DNA of 64,000 nucleotides, taken from the UHGV virus genome UHGV-0113858; one strand, written 5' to 3'. Shown here one piece after another: positions 18,278-27,491 of this stretch. This DNA is from a virus. Every line of letters starts with the position of its first letter. Within the stretch, counting starts at the first letter, position 1. The translations under genes were made by a program, and so were the position numbers. The notes beneath the pieces are model-generated. The model was not told the origin of the DNA. It searched no databases and saw only the letters and a list, made by a program, of their open reading frames with translations.

Positions 18278-20827
18278 ATGGCCTTTGATACAATTAAAAT
18301 TGCGGAGCTACCCTCCGCAACACAAATAGTTGAAGACGACTACCTAGTTGTAGAACAACCAGATAAGACCAAAAAGGCCACTGCCTTTCAGGTTATCTCA
18401 GACCTTGACTTGGCAAATAAATCATCCTTGACAGGACCTGGTGGGGCTGCTATTATCGGCACAGAGGATGGACAGGGAGTTCAGAAGAATCTTGATACCG
18501 ACCGCGCAAACACAAGAGAGCTTTGGAGAAGAGCGCTGCACGACCTTGGTTTGACACTTGTGGACGGCTCTTTTGAAGAAGGTGCCGAGCTTACCTACAC
18601 AACCGATGCTATTTGGCATATGTCTGGGGCGCAATGTTACACATGGTCGGGGACTTTTCCAAAATCTGTGTCTGCTGGGTCAACACCATCCACTACAGGA
18701 TCTGGATGGATTACGGTTGGTGGGCTAAGTCTGCTAGATGAAGTCACCGAGATCAAAAATGAAGCAGTTGAGGCAAAAGACCAAGCAGAGGATGCGAGAG
18801 ATGAGGCTCAGGCATATGTATTGCAGGCCTCTGAGCTGGGAAACTTATATGCCTCTGTTAGTGAAGGTCTTGCTGCAACTACGGACGGACAATATTTCCA
18901 AGTCCCTCAAGGAAGTGATAGCTCTGTAGCGTTCAAAGTGTACAAGAATAGTGCAGGGGTTGCTCAAGAAGTTGCGCGAGTTCCAGGAACAGCCGCTATA
19001 ACTGGTACAATCCGTGAATTTCCCACGCTGGCGGCTGCGCAGGAGGATGTAGACGCTGGTAATATTTCTGTTGGGTCAACAGCGTATTATCGAAGCTCTG
19101 ACGACGCAACTCTTGCGGTTGAGGTTATTAACAACGCCGGAACACTGGAACCTACCGGGCGGAAGATGCCTTCTCATGGGTATGTTGACAGAGTAATCAA
19201 CACCTCAACGGATAATGGAAATATCACCGTTACCTCTGACTCTGATGGTAACACAGTATACGTCCGTGACGACTTTGGCGGTGTAAATATCCCCGGCATT
19301 CCTGCGCCAGTTCAGGACATATTACAGCAGGTTAAGAAAGATGCATCACCGGCAATTCTCCGCCTGACCGATGCAGAAAATGCGGCCTTTGCCTCAGTGG
19401 ATGAATATGGGCATTTACGTCTGCCGGGAATGCCGGAGAGTATGCAGGAGAGGCTCGAAGCCTTAAAAAAACGCATGGAAGTGATTCGTAAGCAAGGCAT
19501 GATTCTGGATGTGCGGGATTGCGGCTTCAACGCGAAAACAGGGCAGGATGCCCATCGCCCGCTGCAACGGGGTTACAACTGGTTATCAGCGAACGGCGGC
19601 GGATATTTATATGCACCGCCAGCTTACTACAAGTTGCCCATCCCGGTAGTTCCCAAGTCTGGCGTTTCGCTTGTCGGTGGCGGCCAGGAAGGCACAATAT
19701 TTTTACCAATGGGATATCTGCCTGCGTTTCAGTATCGGGGGAAACCAACCGAGGCATCGACGGAAGTTTACGTCGAAAATATCCAGTTCTGTGATTTTAC
19801 CGTTGATGGCGAAAATCAGCAGTTGCACCCAGAGCGTGGATATATTCCCGATATTAAAGGGATTTTTCTTCAGTATTACCGCAATGCTTACTTCGACCGT
19901 CTGACCATTCGTAACACGGGGGCCACCGGTTTTGGTGTGGATATGCCGGATAAGGTTTTTGTCGCCAACTTCATCGTTGAAAACTGCGGCAGGCTGGCGC
20001 AGGTCGGCGACCTCGGCGCGTCGGGGTTCGGCCTTGGGACCAGTTTCTTGAGCAGCGAGCCGATATTCCTATCGAAAATCGTAGGGCGCGGAAACAAGAA
20101 CTATGGTATCTTCTTCGAACCGCAGAGGGGCACAGGTACTGCACAGGATGCTATCGTCTCTATAGCTACGTTCTCCGGGAACTACGCGGGCATGGCGGAT
20201 TGCGGTATTGAGGGGCTGATTGCCTCTGATGTCAATCTGCGCGGGAACCAGTACGGATTTATGGCGGATACCGGCACCAACAACGGCGGGCGTCCAGGTC
20301 ATCGCGGTAAGCTGATTAATTTGATTGTCAAAGACAACACAAAACACGGAATGTATTTTGTCTCGGCTAAAGATGAGAACCTCATCGGTGAGTACGCCAT
20401 TATTGGGGCGCATATTTTTGGTAATGGTGAAGACGGCATTAATTTCAAGTACGCGAACAATCGGACAAATTCCGGTTTGCGTGTATCAGATTGCGATATT
20501 AATAGTAACGGTCGTCATGGTTTACATTTCGAATCTGGCCCCGTGGTTAACGCTCATGTGACAAATACCAGATTCTGGAATAACGGGAAACAGGTTTCAG
20601 GTAACGGCATCAACAGCAGCGCGAGCGTGAAGAAAAGCCGCTTCTCGATGAATAGCTATTACGATTTTCAGTCAGCACCAACGCAGCAGTACCCAGTATC
20701 CATCAGTGGGGATATGGAGGATGTCGACATTTCCTTCAATCACGGCGCAGGCAATGTGCATAACTCACTCAACCTGACCGGGAATAAAACCCGCGTCACC
20801 ACACTTTCAAATTCGGGGATCGAATAA
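18278..20827 (+). CDS. tailspike / receptor-binding protein 2 (mosaic: conserved N-anchor plus GC-rich C-terminal beta-helix module)
   Basis: 849 aa; N-terminus MAFDTIKIAELPSATQIVEDDYLVVEQPDKTKKATAFQV; visibly GC-enriched from about 19300; repeated GxxG/NxxG beta-helix-like segments. Confidence 0.6.
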   Translation: MAFDTIKIAELPSATQIVEDDYLVVEQPDKTKKATAFQVISDLDLANKSSLTGPGGAAIIGTEDGQGVQKNLDTDRANTRELWRRALHDLGLTLVDGSFEEGAELTYTTDAIWHMSGAQCYTWSGTFPKSVSAGSTPSTTGSGWITVGGLSLLDEVTEIKNEAVEAKDQAEDARDEAQAYVLQASELGNLYASVSEGLAATTDGQYFQVPQGSDSSVAFKVYKNSAGVAQEVARVPGTAAITGTIREFPTLAAAQEDVDAGNISVGSTAYYRSSDDATLAVEVINNAGTLEPTGRKMPSHGYVDRVINTSTDNGNITVTSDSDGNTVYVRDDFGGVNIPGIPAPVQDILQQVKKDASPAILRLTDAENAAFASVDEYGHLRLPGMPESMQERLEALKKRMEVIRKQGMILDVRDCGFNAKTGQDAHRPLQRGYNWLSANGGGYLYAPPAYYKLPIPVVPKSGVSLVGGGQEGTIFLPMGYLPAFQYRGKPTEASTEVYVENIQFCDFTVDGENQQLHPERGYIPDIKGIFLQYYRNAYFDRLTIRNTGATGFGVDMPDKVFVANFIVENCGRLAQVGDLGASGFGLGTSFLSSEPIFLSKIVGRGNKNYGIFFEPQRGTGTAQDAIVSIATFSGNYAGMADCGIEGLIASDVNLRGNQYGFMADTGTNNGGRPGHRGKLINLIVKDNTKHGMYFVSAKDENLIGEYAIIGAHIFGNGEDGINFKYANNRTNSGLRVSDCDINSNGRHGLHFESGPVVNAHVTNTRFWNNGKQVSGNGINSSASVKKSRFSMNSYYDFQSAPTQQYPVSISGDMEDVDISFNHGAGNVHNSLNLTGNKTRVTTLSNSGIE

Positions 20828-22248
20828 TGGCGACCATTGTAAAAAGTAATATGAAAATTAAAGGTAATATTAAATTACCTCCTGTAAATGCCCCTCTTCC
20901 AGAGGGGGCTAATCTCTTCTCGGACTTTGCAGGCTCTCGTCATGTAATCAAACATGCCAGCGGTAATGTTATTCGCTCAACTAAACTTACGGATATTCTC
21001 TCATTCTCGAGAGCAAGTACCGCAACTCGGGTCGCTGAAAGCGGATTACTGGAGTACCTCCAGGCGAATGAGCCCGCTATTGATTATCACCCAATGTCCG
21101 GGGAGTGTCTGGGTTTGCGGATTGAGCGGGGTACGTCGAATCGCCTCGCATGGAGCCAGGACTTTACTAAAACTGCCACCTGGTCTGCTTCTGGTGTTGT
21201 GCTCACGCCTGCGTCCGCTGTTTCACCGGACGGCAACCTTACAGCAACCAAGATGATTGAGGCCACAGATACCGCAGCATCAGTACGAAAACTGGCAGCA
21301 ACGACAACGGTGGATGGAACTAAAGGTAATCCCTTCGCCTTTAGCGTTTTTGCGAAAGCGAATACTGCGGACGTACTTCAGCTCTCGGCTGTGGGAGCAT
21401 TCCCTGGCCCGACCTTTGTTAACTTTGATCTGAAAAATGGCCGGCTCGGGAAAACCTCGACAGGATCAACCACAAGAGGGTTATTGCAGGCATCAATCGA
21501 ACCATTCCGCAACGGCTGGTATCGTTGCTCAATTGTCATCATCCCGTATAGCGCCATGAATCCGGAATTTACGCTGGCGTTGGTTGATAACGATACCAGC
21601 GCCGGGCCGATGCCTTCGTATTTGCCTGCAACACCTAAATCGGTATTTATCTGGGGGGCGCAGGCTGAGTTTTCCGATGGGACATCATCCTACATCCCAA
21701 CTAACGGCGCAGAGGCTCAGCGGTCGAATGATATCTGCACCACGCCGACTGTGGCATCGTTTGTGACTGCCGCAGCTGGTACGGTCTTGGTTTCGGTTGC
21801 GTTTCCTCACAGTATCATGGCTCTCACCGAGACCTACGGATCGCTGTCCTGTGCTGCCGTAATTGATAATTCTGTCGTAGGCCCGCATGTGCGATTCGCG
21901 TACCGGAATGCGAACGTTGATGGCAATTATGGTGCAGTGCTCGGCGTGGTTCCTGACGCGACAGGAACGGCGCAGAATCTGGAAATTCCCAGCATGGCTC
22001 CCGTGCCTGACAGCGAGCAATCGTGCATTTTTTCGTTCGACGCGACTGCGCTGAATTCCAGACTGTTTGACGGGTATAACTGGTATGAGCGGAGTTTTAC
22101 TGCAGCACCACCAGCCCTGAATCGCCTGTGTATCGGCCGGGGATATCTGGATTCCAGCAACTACCTGAAGGGATACATTAAAAAGATCATTTACTGGCCT
22201 ACAGCTTTGTCTGAGAGCGAAATGGAAGAAATTCTCTCTTATCAGTAA
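20827..22248 (+). CDS. putative receptor-binding / tail-associated protein within the GC-rich block
   Basis: 473 aa, start overlaps the previous stop, SD gggga; GC-rich composition continues from the RBP2 C-terminus. Confidence 0.45.
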   Translation: MATIVKSNMKIKGNIKLPPVNAPLPEGANLFSDFAGSRHVIKHASGNVIRSTKLTDILSFSRASTATRVAESGLLEYLQANEPAIDYHPMSGECLGLRIERGTSNRLAWSQDFTKTATWSASGVVLTPASAVSPDGNLTATKMIEATDTAASVRKLAATTTVDGTKGNPFAFSVFAKANTADVLQLSAVGAFPGPTFVNFDLKNGRLGKTSTGSTTRGLLQASIEPFRNGWYRCSIVIIPYSAMNPEFTLALVDNDTSAGPMPSYLPATPKSVFIWGAQAEFSDGTSSYIPTNGAEAQRSNDICTTPTVASFVTAAAGTVLVSVAFPHSIMALTETYGSLSCAAVIDNSVVGPHVRFAYRNANVDGNYGAVLGVVPDATGTAQNLEIPSMAPVPDSEQSCIFSFDATALNSRLFDGYNWYERSFTAAPPALNRLCIGRGYLDSSNYLKGYIKKIIYWPTALSESEMEEILSYQ

Positions 22249-22493
22249 GTTCGCCCTGTCCTAAATAGTGATAGGTGCAATCACACTTGATCTTCACTTT
22301 CGATAAAAATGCTGTATATAAAAACAGTGCTTATCGGATTGCAGATCATGCTTCGACATCCAGAAGTAGCCCGCTTTAGCCAGCAGTCCCTCAGTTTTCT
22401 TTTCAGATAAAAACTGTATGTAGAACCAGTTTTGATCGGGAGGACCATGTTCCAGCATAGATTAATAGGGTAGGTATAACAGTTAAATTCTCC

Positions 22494-22511
22494 CCAGCAC
22501 CTAGGTGCTGG
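22494..22511. promoter_or_regulatory. perfect 18-bp palindrome ccagcacctaggtgctgg
   Basis: Self-complementary; lies in a 300-nt noncoding gap upstream of the 22563 gene. Confidence 0.4.
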
Positions 22512-22528
22512 TATGCAAAAAAAAAATC

Positions 22529-22544
22529 CACAGATGCATCTGTG
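22529..22544. promoter_or_regulatory. perfect 16-bp palindrome cacagatgcatctgtg
   Basis: Self-complementary; 19 nt upstream of ATG 22563. Confidence 0.4.
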
Positions 22545-22562
22545 TCTCATATCGGGGTTAAA

Positions 22563-23390
22563 ATGGCAACAACAGAACTCTCAGTTATCAAGATAAAAAA
22601 TCTTTCTGATAAGACCCTTGTAACAGGCAGTGATGAAATTATTATCCAATCTTCCACTGACACTGAGAAGACGTCCATTAATAAGTTCATCACTGATATA
22701 GGGCTTCTTAAAAGAAGTGAAGTAACAGGCATCACAGGTGCCTCCGTTATTGGCACTCACTCTGGGGCTACTGTCCAGCAAGTTTTGGACAGCCTTTCTA
22801 ATAGTTGGCAGAATTTGTACTATTTCTCCACTACTGGGAATGAGATCGGAACACATGTTGACACCATTGCCCTTAGCCCTGTGCAAAGAACTTATGGTGT
22901 TCAAATATCAACACCTTTAGCATCATTTTCTCCTAAGGTAGACAATGTATTGTCCAACGGTACAACATCTCTACGTTGGAGTCAAGTGTATGCAGTTAAC
23001 AGTGTAATCTCCACATCAAATAAAAAGAAGAAAACAAATCTTCGACAAATTACACCTACAGAAGCAAAAGCTTTTTATGAAATTGGGAAACTAGATTCCG
23101 TATGGCAATGGTTGTCTAAATATTCTTCCGAAAAGGGTGCTGCTAGGCTTCATTCAGGGCCTACTGTGCAGGATGCTATTAAGGTCATGCTCAAACACGG
23201 TCTCGATTGGACCAAGTATTCAGCTTTCTGCTATGATAGCTGGGAAGCGAATGGGGATACTCCCGCAGGTGAAGAATTCGCTTTTAGAAAAGAAGAACTC
23301 TTATTTTGGATACTTAGAGCAACAATTGCGGTGCAGGAAGATCTTGACAAGCGCCTTTCAGCCTTGGAAAATTCTCTGTCCGGTAACTAA
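22563..23390 (+). CDS. tail fibre with shared N-anchor and a C-terminal peptidase-S74-like intramolecular chaperone domain
   Basis: N-terminus MATTELSVIKIKNLSDKTLVTGSDEIIIQ parallels the other two anchors; C-terminus ...SNKKKKTNLRQITPTEAKAFYEIGKLDSVWQWL...HSGPTVQDAIKVMLKHGLDW resembles endosialidase/T5 pb1-type chaperone domains. Confidence 0.45.
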   Translation: MATTELSVIKIKNLSDKTLVTGSDEIIIQSSTDTEKTSINKFITDIGLLKRSEVTGITGASVIGTHSGATVQQVLDSLSNSWQNLYYFSTTGNEIGTHVDTIALSPVQRTYGVQISTPLASFSPKVDNVLSNGTTSLRWSQVYAVNSVISTSNKKKKTNLRQITPTEAKAFYEIGKLDSVWQWLSKYSSEKGAARLHSGPTVQDAIKVMLKHGLDWTKYSAFCYDSWEANGDTPAGEEFAFRKEELLFWILRATIAVQEDLDKRLSALENSLSGN

Positions 23391-23391
23391 C

Positions 23392-23416
23392 CACCCTCCG
23401 GGGTGGTTTTTTCATT
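23392..23416 (+). terminator. rho-independent terminator
   Basis: accaccctccggggtggt then ttttttc. Confidence 0.55.
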
Positions 23417-23436
23417 TATGACCCCTCCCCCTTTAT

Positions 23437-23465
23437 TTGCAAAACACTGCCACGTATGGTAAAAT
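23437..23465 (+). promoter_or_regulatory. promoter motif TTGCAA-N17-TGgTAAAAT
   Basis: Exact 17-nt spacer; 35 nt upstream of the TTG start at 23501. Confidence 0.5.
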
Positions 23466-23500
23466 ATACAAAAGAATCATGGTCCTGAAAGGAGGACGAA

Positions 23501-24994
23501 TTGGCAACTCAATATGGATTGAGCGATTACGGTTTCACTATCCCCTCTCTTGATGACCTTATCGCAGACACAAAACAGACCCTCATTAGAACTTTCGGTG
23601 AAAATTTCAACACGCAAGCTAACACAATTGCTGACAAGTTGACAACCATCTTTAACGAGAGAGAATACCAGATTATCCTTCTGGCAGCATCCATCTATTC
23701 CGCTCAGACCCTTGCTGGGGCCGAAGGTATTTACCTTGATGAGTTGCTTTCCAGAAGAGGTGTTTATCGTCGAGGAAAAACAAAAAGTTCAGGGTCTGTT
23801 GAGATGACAGTTAACAACACTGTCCCTTACAACATGGTATATTCCCAAAACACATATACACTTGATAGTGGTACATTTGTATTAAATGACGACACCACCC
23901 TTGCTGGTAACATACTGGCACAAAAAATTCTCAATAAGGACTGGGTTGTAGGTACTTATAGTTTACAGATCAATAATCAAAACACCGGAACAACAAGTCA
24001 AACAACTCTTCAGTTGACCAATAAAACCCCTAATAGCTCTCAGCTTAACACTTTCATGGCCTCTGTCAAGAGCTTTGTTGTCAACAACACCTCCGAGCTT
24101 AATAATGATAGGATCATCATTGACTCTCAAAACGGGGCATTGTACATTGGGTATGATACTAATCTTGAAATGATCGGACTTAACAGCCGTGTGGATTTCA
24201 GAACATCACCGATTGTTGGTGAGCGTACAATCACAATGGATGTTGTTGCTGTTGAGGCAGGTGAACTCTCCAGAGAGAAAAACACCGTAACCTCGATCTC
24301 CCCAACACCAGGTGGGTTCATCAGTCTTAACAACATGAATGCCTTCACAGAGGGGACAGATGTTGAGACTGATACCGAATATAAGGTTAGGGCTTCTAAC
24401 ACAACAGCATCGAGTGCTGCTGCGACCAGGCCTGCGGTGGTGAGTGCTGTCCTTGGGGTGAGTGGTGTAAGTAAGGTTAAAATCTTCTCAAATAACACAG
24501 GGACTACAGACCAGAATGGAATACCACCGTACAAGTTTGAGACCGTGGTGTATGGTGGGTCTACTGAAGATATTAGCAAGGCACTTTATAATTCAATTGC
24601 TTTGTCTAACGCTACCTATGGTAATGTTTTTTATGATGTCCCTACTGAGGATAATCAGACAGAACGAATTTATCACAGTAAAGCACAGGCACGGGATTTG
24701 GCTATCCGTGTCCGTTATAAAGGAAAGGTTCTCTCAACAACTGAACAGGATACTATAAAGTCCGCTCTCAAAGGGGTTATTGACCCGCTTAACATTGCTG
24801 ACACTTTATACAACATCCAGCTTGTATCTGCTGTAGGTTCTTCTATCTCTGCTGGTAGATTTACACAACTTTATATGGATGTCAAGAACGTCAGAGATCC
24901 TGATACTTCCTATACAACCTCTGATGTTGTTGCAGGGATGGATGAGGTATTCTCTATCGACACTGATAATATTACATTCCTACAGATAATCTAA
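23501..24994 (+). CDS. baseplate wedge protein (gpJ / gp6-like), TTG start
   Basis: 497 aa; the only start with SD (aggagg, 7-nt spacing) is TTG at 23501; followed by a gpI-like gene as in P2/Mu baseplate cassettes. Confidence 0.45.
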   Translation: MATQYGLSDYGFTIPSLDDLIADTKQTLIRTFGENFNTQANTIADKLTTIFNEREYQIILLAASIYSAQTLAGAEGIYLDELLSRRGVYRRGKTKSSGSVEMTVNNTVPYNMVYSQNTYTLDSGTFVLNDDTTLAGNILAQKILNKDWVVGTYSLQINNQNTGTTSQTTLQLTNKTPNSSQLNTFMASVKSFVVNNTSELNNDRIIIDSQNGALYIGYDTNLEMIGLNSRVDFRTSPIVGERTITMDVVAVEAGELSREKNTVTSISPTPGGFISLNNMNAFTEGTDVETDTEYKVRASNTTASSAAATRPAVVSAVLGVSGVSKVKIFSNNTGTTDQNGIPPYKFETVVYGGSTEDISKALYNSIALSNATYGNVFYDVPTEDNQTERIYHSKAQARDLAIRVRYKGKVLSTTEQDTIKSALKGVIDPLNIADTLYNIQLVSAVGSSISAGRFTQLYMDVKNVRDPDTSYTTSDVVAGMDEVFSIDTDNITFLQII

Positions 24995-25002
24995 GAGGGA
25001 TT

Positions 25003-25632
25003 ATGGCAGATACGCTAAAAGATGTCAACCACATCCATCCATTGGATGATTTCGTTTCGGACGGTATTAACTACCTGCCGGGGGACTTTTTACGGGAAAA
25101 AGAAAACCTTGTAAAATTTTTATCCGTGTATTTGGAACGAATGAAGGCTGTAGATGAGATGATGGTCAATCTTGCAGAAGGGCGTCTCCTCCAGAATGCC
25201 GGAGGGGTCAACTTGGATGAGATTGGTGCTCAAGTGGGGATTGACAGAAATGGCTTGAGTGATATGAATTATCGTGCCATTATCACAATCCTGCTCTCAA
25301 GCACAGCTAAACACGGGACCAGACCTGAGGTAATTGGGACGCTGAAGCAACTCTTCGGAGCCGAGAATTTTACCACTTACAAAGGTGATAATTATCGTTT
25401 TGATATCAATATCTTTAATAGCTGTTTCGAGATAGAAACAGCTATACAAGAAATAAAAGATATGCTCCCTATGCCTACGTACCTTCGACTGGTAAAATCA
25501 GAAGGGCTACCCTTTGGGTTTAAAAACGATTCCTATGCAATCGGTTTTGGGTCTGTAAGCACATCGCGAACAGGGACTGGTGGCCTATCCAGTCTTATCT
25601 ATACCTCCGAAGAAGAGAACACACTATTATAA
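25003..25632 (+). CDS. baseplate protein (P2 gpI / Mu gp48-like)
   Basis: 209 aa, SD gaggga, position after the J-like gene and before fibre plus chaperone. Confidence 0.4.
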   Translation: MADTLKDVNHIHPLDDFVSDGINYLPGDFLREKENLVKFLSVYLERMKAVDEMMVNLAEGRLLQNAGGVNLDEIGAQVGIDRNGLSDMNYRAIITILLSSTAKHGTRPEVIGTLKQLFGAENFTTYKGDNYRFDINIFNSCFEIETAIQEIKDMLPMPTYLRLVKSEGLPFGFKNDSYAIGFGSVSTSRTGTGGLSSLIYTSEEENTLL

Positions 25633-25641
25633 GGGAGAATC

Positions 25642-26688
25642 ATGGCAATTCCTACTATTCCTCTTCAGATATGGGCTGAAAGTGACGTCGTGTTACCTAA
25701 TGCTCATACTGCAAATAAAATCTCCCCTATCGCGGACCTTTGGGACAAGGGTTGGGATTTGGGTGAGAAGCCCGCTTGTGAAGAACTTAACTATGTTCTT
25801 AACATGATGACTTGGTGGATGACGTACATCTCAGAAGAGCAGATCCCCGGACTCTCTAATGATTATCTGAGAAAAGATCAAAACCTTAGCGATGTATCTG
25901 ATATCCCAACGGCAAGAAGCACTCTGGATGTTTACAGCAAGGGGGAAAGTGATACCCGGTATGTAAATGTTTCTGGTGATACAATGACTGGGGCGCTGAC
26001 AGTACCCAGAATAACATTCCCCTCTGATTCTAGCGATACCGCTCATATCACCACCACAACAGGTGCGGATCAAGTCTATTTGGACTTCGTTATTGGTGAT
26101 AATTTAGGAACAGCGGGGCAACCAACTGTAGATATCATGAGGTTCCGCTTTGTTCCTGTAAACAACTCTGGTACATTATCACCATTCAACATGATGGAGC
26201 TTAATGCAACGTCTAATGGCGTTGCGCTGCTAAAGGTGCAAGGGAATATTACGGCAACAGGAACTACCACAACGGGGACATTGGCCTCGACAACCATCAA
26301 CAATGGTGGTAATATACAGACAAACAGTTTGGGTGTCAACGGTACTACAACGTCCCAGAACTTGGTCGTTAACTCTAACAACGCAACTGTTGGTGGAAGA
26401 TCCATTGTTCGTGCAGTAAACAGCACTGCTGCGAATGCCAATGGGGACCTTTATATCAGTATTGGTGTTTCCGACATTCGTTGGAGTGGTGAGCAAAACA
26501 AAGTTAATGTTAACTTTGAAAATTATGGTTCAGGTGGACGTTTTGCGCGTGGACCAGACGGCTCTGTATTGACTGGCTTGATTGATGCAAACGCCAGTGG
26601 AGATCTTTATCTGCATGATATTGACGAGATAAGATTCCGATTCTTACAGAAAGCTCTTGATGGCGTTTGGTATACAGTGGGGCTTTAA
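25642..26688 (+). CDS. tail fibre protein
   Basis: 348 aa, Thr/Gly/Asn-rich with TATGTTTTGTLAST repeats, followed by a Tfa-like chaperone. Confidence 0.55.
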   Translation: MAIPTIPLQIWAESDVVLPNAHTANKISPIADLWDKGWDLGEKPACEELNYVLNMMTWWMTYISEEQIPGLSNDYLRKDQNLSDVSDIPTARSTLDVYSKGESDTRYVNVSGDTMTGALTVPRITFPSDSSDTAHITTTTGADQVYLDFVIGDNLGTAGQPTVDIMRFRFVPVNNSGTLSPFNMMELNATSNGVALLKVQGNITATGTTTTGTLASTTINNGGNIQTNSLGVNGTTTSQNLVVNSNNATVGGRSIVRAVNSTAANANGDLYISIGVSDIRWSGEQNKVNVNFENYGSGGRFARGPDGSVLTGLIDANASGDLYLHDIDEIRFRFLQKALDGVWYTVGL

Positions 26689-27167
26689 TGAAAATAACTG
26701 ATATGAAATGGGTTAGGTATTCTCCAGAAAAGGTTGCAGTTCCTGGTGCCTTATATCTAAAAGATGAGAACGGCCAAGATTGGTACGATTTCGTATCTCA
26801 ACTGAAAGAAATACAAAAAGGCCTATATATTCAATACGATTCTAACGGCCAGGTCTATATGACAGATACGGACCCAACCAAATTCTTCCCGGAAGATTGT
26901 TACTTTCGTCTTGTAGATTCTCTTCCAAGTGACTTCTCTAATAGAACTCATATCTTTAACGGTGAAGAGTTCGAAAAAGTGGATTGGATGGAAGACAGAA
27001 TCTTTGAAAATAAGAAACAAGGACTTTTCCAAAGGGCCGCGATACTGCTATCAACTTACGCTGCACTGGGTGAAGAAGATAAGGTTGAGACAATGAAGAA
27101 ATATATCATCGATCTCAGAGGATGGACCAAGGGAGACCCTCAACCAGAGCTTCCGCAGACAGCCTAA
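26688..27167 (+). CDS. tail fibre assembly chaperone (Tfa-like)
   Basis: Start MKITDMKWV, TAATG overlap; Tfa-like size and immediately downstream of the fibre gene. Confidence 0.5.
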   Translation: MKITDMKWVRYSPEKVAVPGALYLKDENGQDWYDFVSQLKEIQKGLYIQYDSNGQVYMTDTDPTKFFPEDCYFRLVDSLPSDFSNRTHIFNGEEFEKVDWMEDRIFENKKQGLFQRAAILLSTYAALGEEDKVETMKKYIIDLRGWTKGDPQPELPQTA

Positions 27168-27176
27168 GGGGGCACT

Positions 27177-27491
27177 ATGTCTATTGACCTGTTTGCTATC
27201 CTGAAGGCGGTCTGGGGGGTTATTACCTTTGTCCTGATCGGAGTCCTAAGAATAACGTACTCGGATTACAAAAAGACTCAAGAGCGCCTTGATGAGCTTG
27301 ATAAAGATATCATCCGTATAAGGGCCGAAATGGTCACTAAAGAAAAGCTGGATGATATCTTAGATAAAAAGCTAAAAGCGATTAGGGATGATGTTTCCGA
27401 TCTTAGAAGGGACATCAAGGGAGATGTTGGTGATTTAAGAACAGACCTCACCAAGCAATTCCAGATGTTAATGGAAAGATCCGCAAAATGA
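27177..27491 (+). CDS. single-TM plus coiled-coil protein (holin or i-spanin-like)
   Basis: 104 aa; N-terminal TM LFAILKAVWGVITFVLIGVL then charged coiled coil; SD aggggg. Confidence 0.45.
   Translation: MSIDLFAILKAVWGVITFVLIGVLRITYSDYKKTQERLDELDKDIIRIRAEMVTKEKLDDILDKKLKAIRDDVSDLRRDIKGDVGDLRTDLTKQFQMLMERSAK

Noticed and set aside
22281-22550. 89-aa - strand ORF in the intergenic region before the fibre gene
   Set aside because: No SD; Cys/Phe-rich translation; the region better explained as regulatory DNA with palindromes
26667-26687. Upstream start of the Tfa gene as listed in the ORF track (MVYSGALMKITD...)
   Set aside because: It overlaps the fibre gene C-terminus by 22 nt without SD; ATG 26688 with TAATG coupling is more plausible
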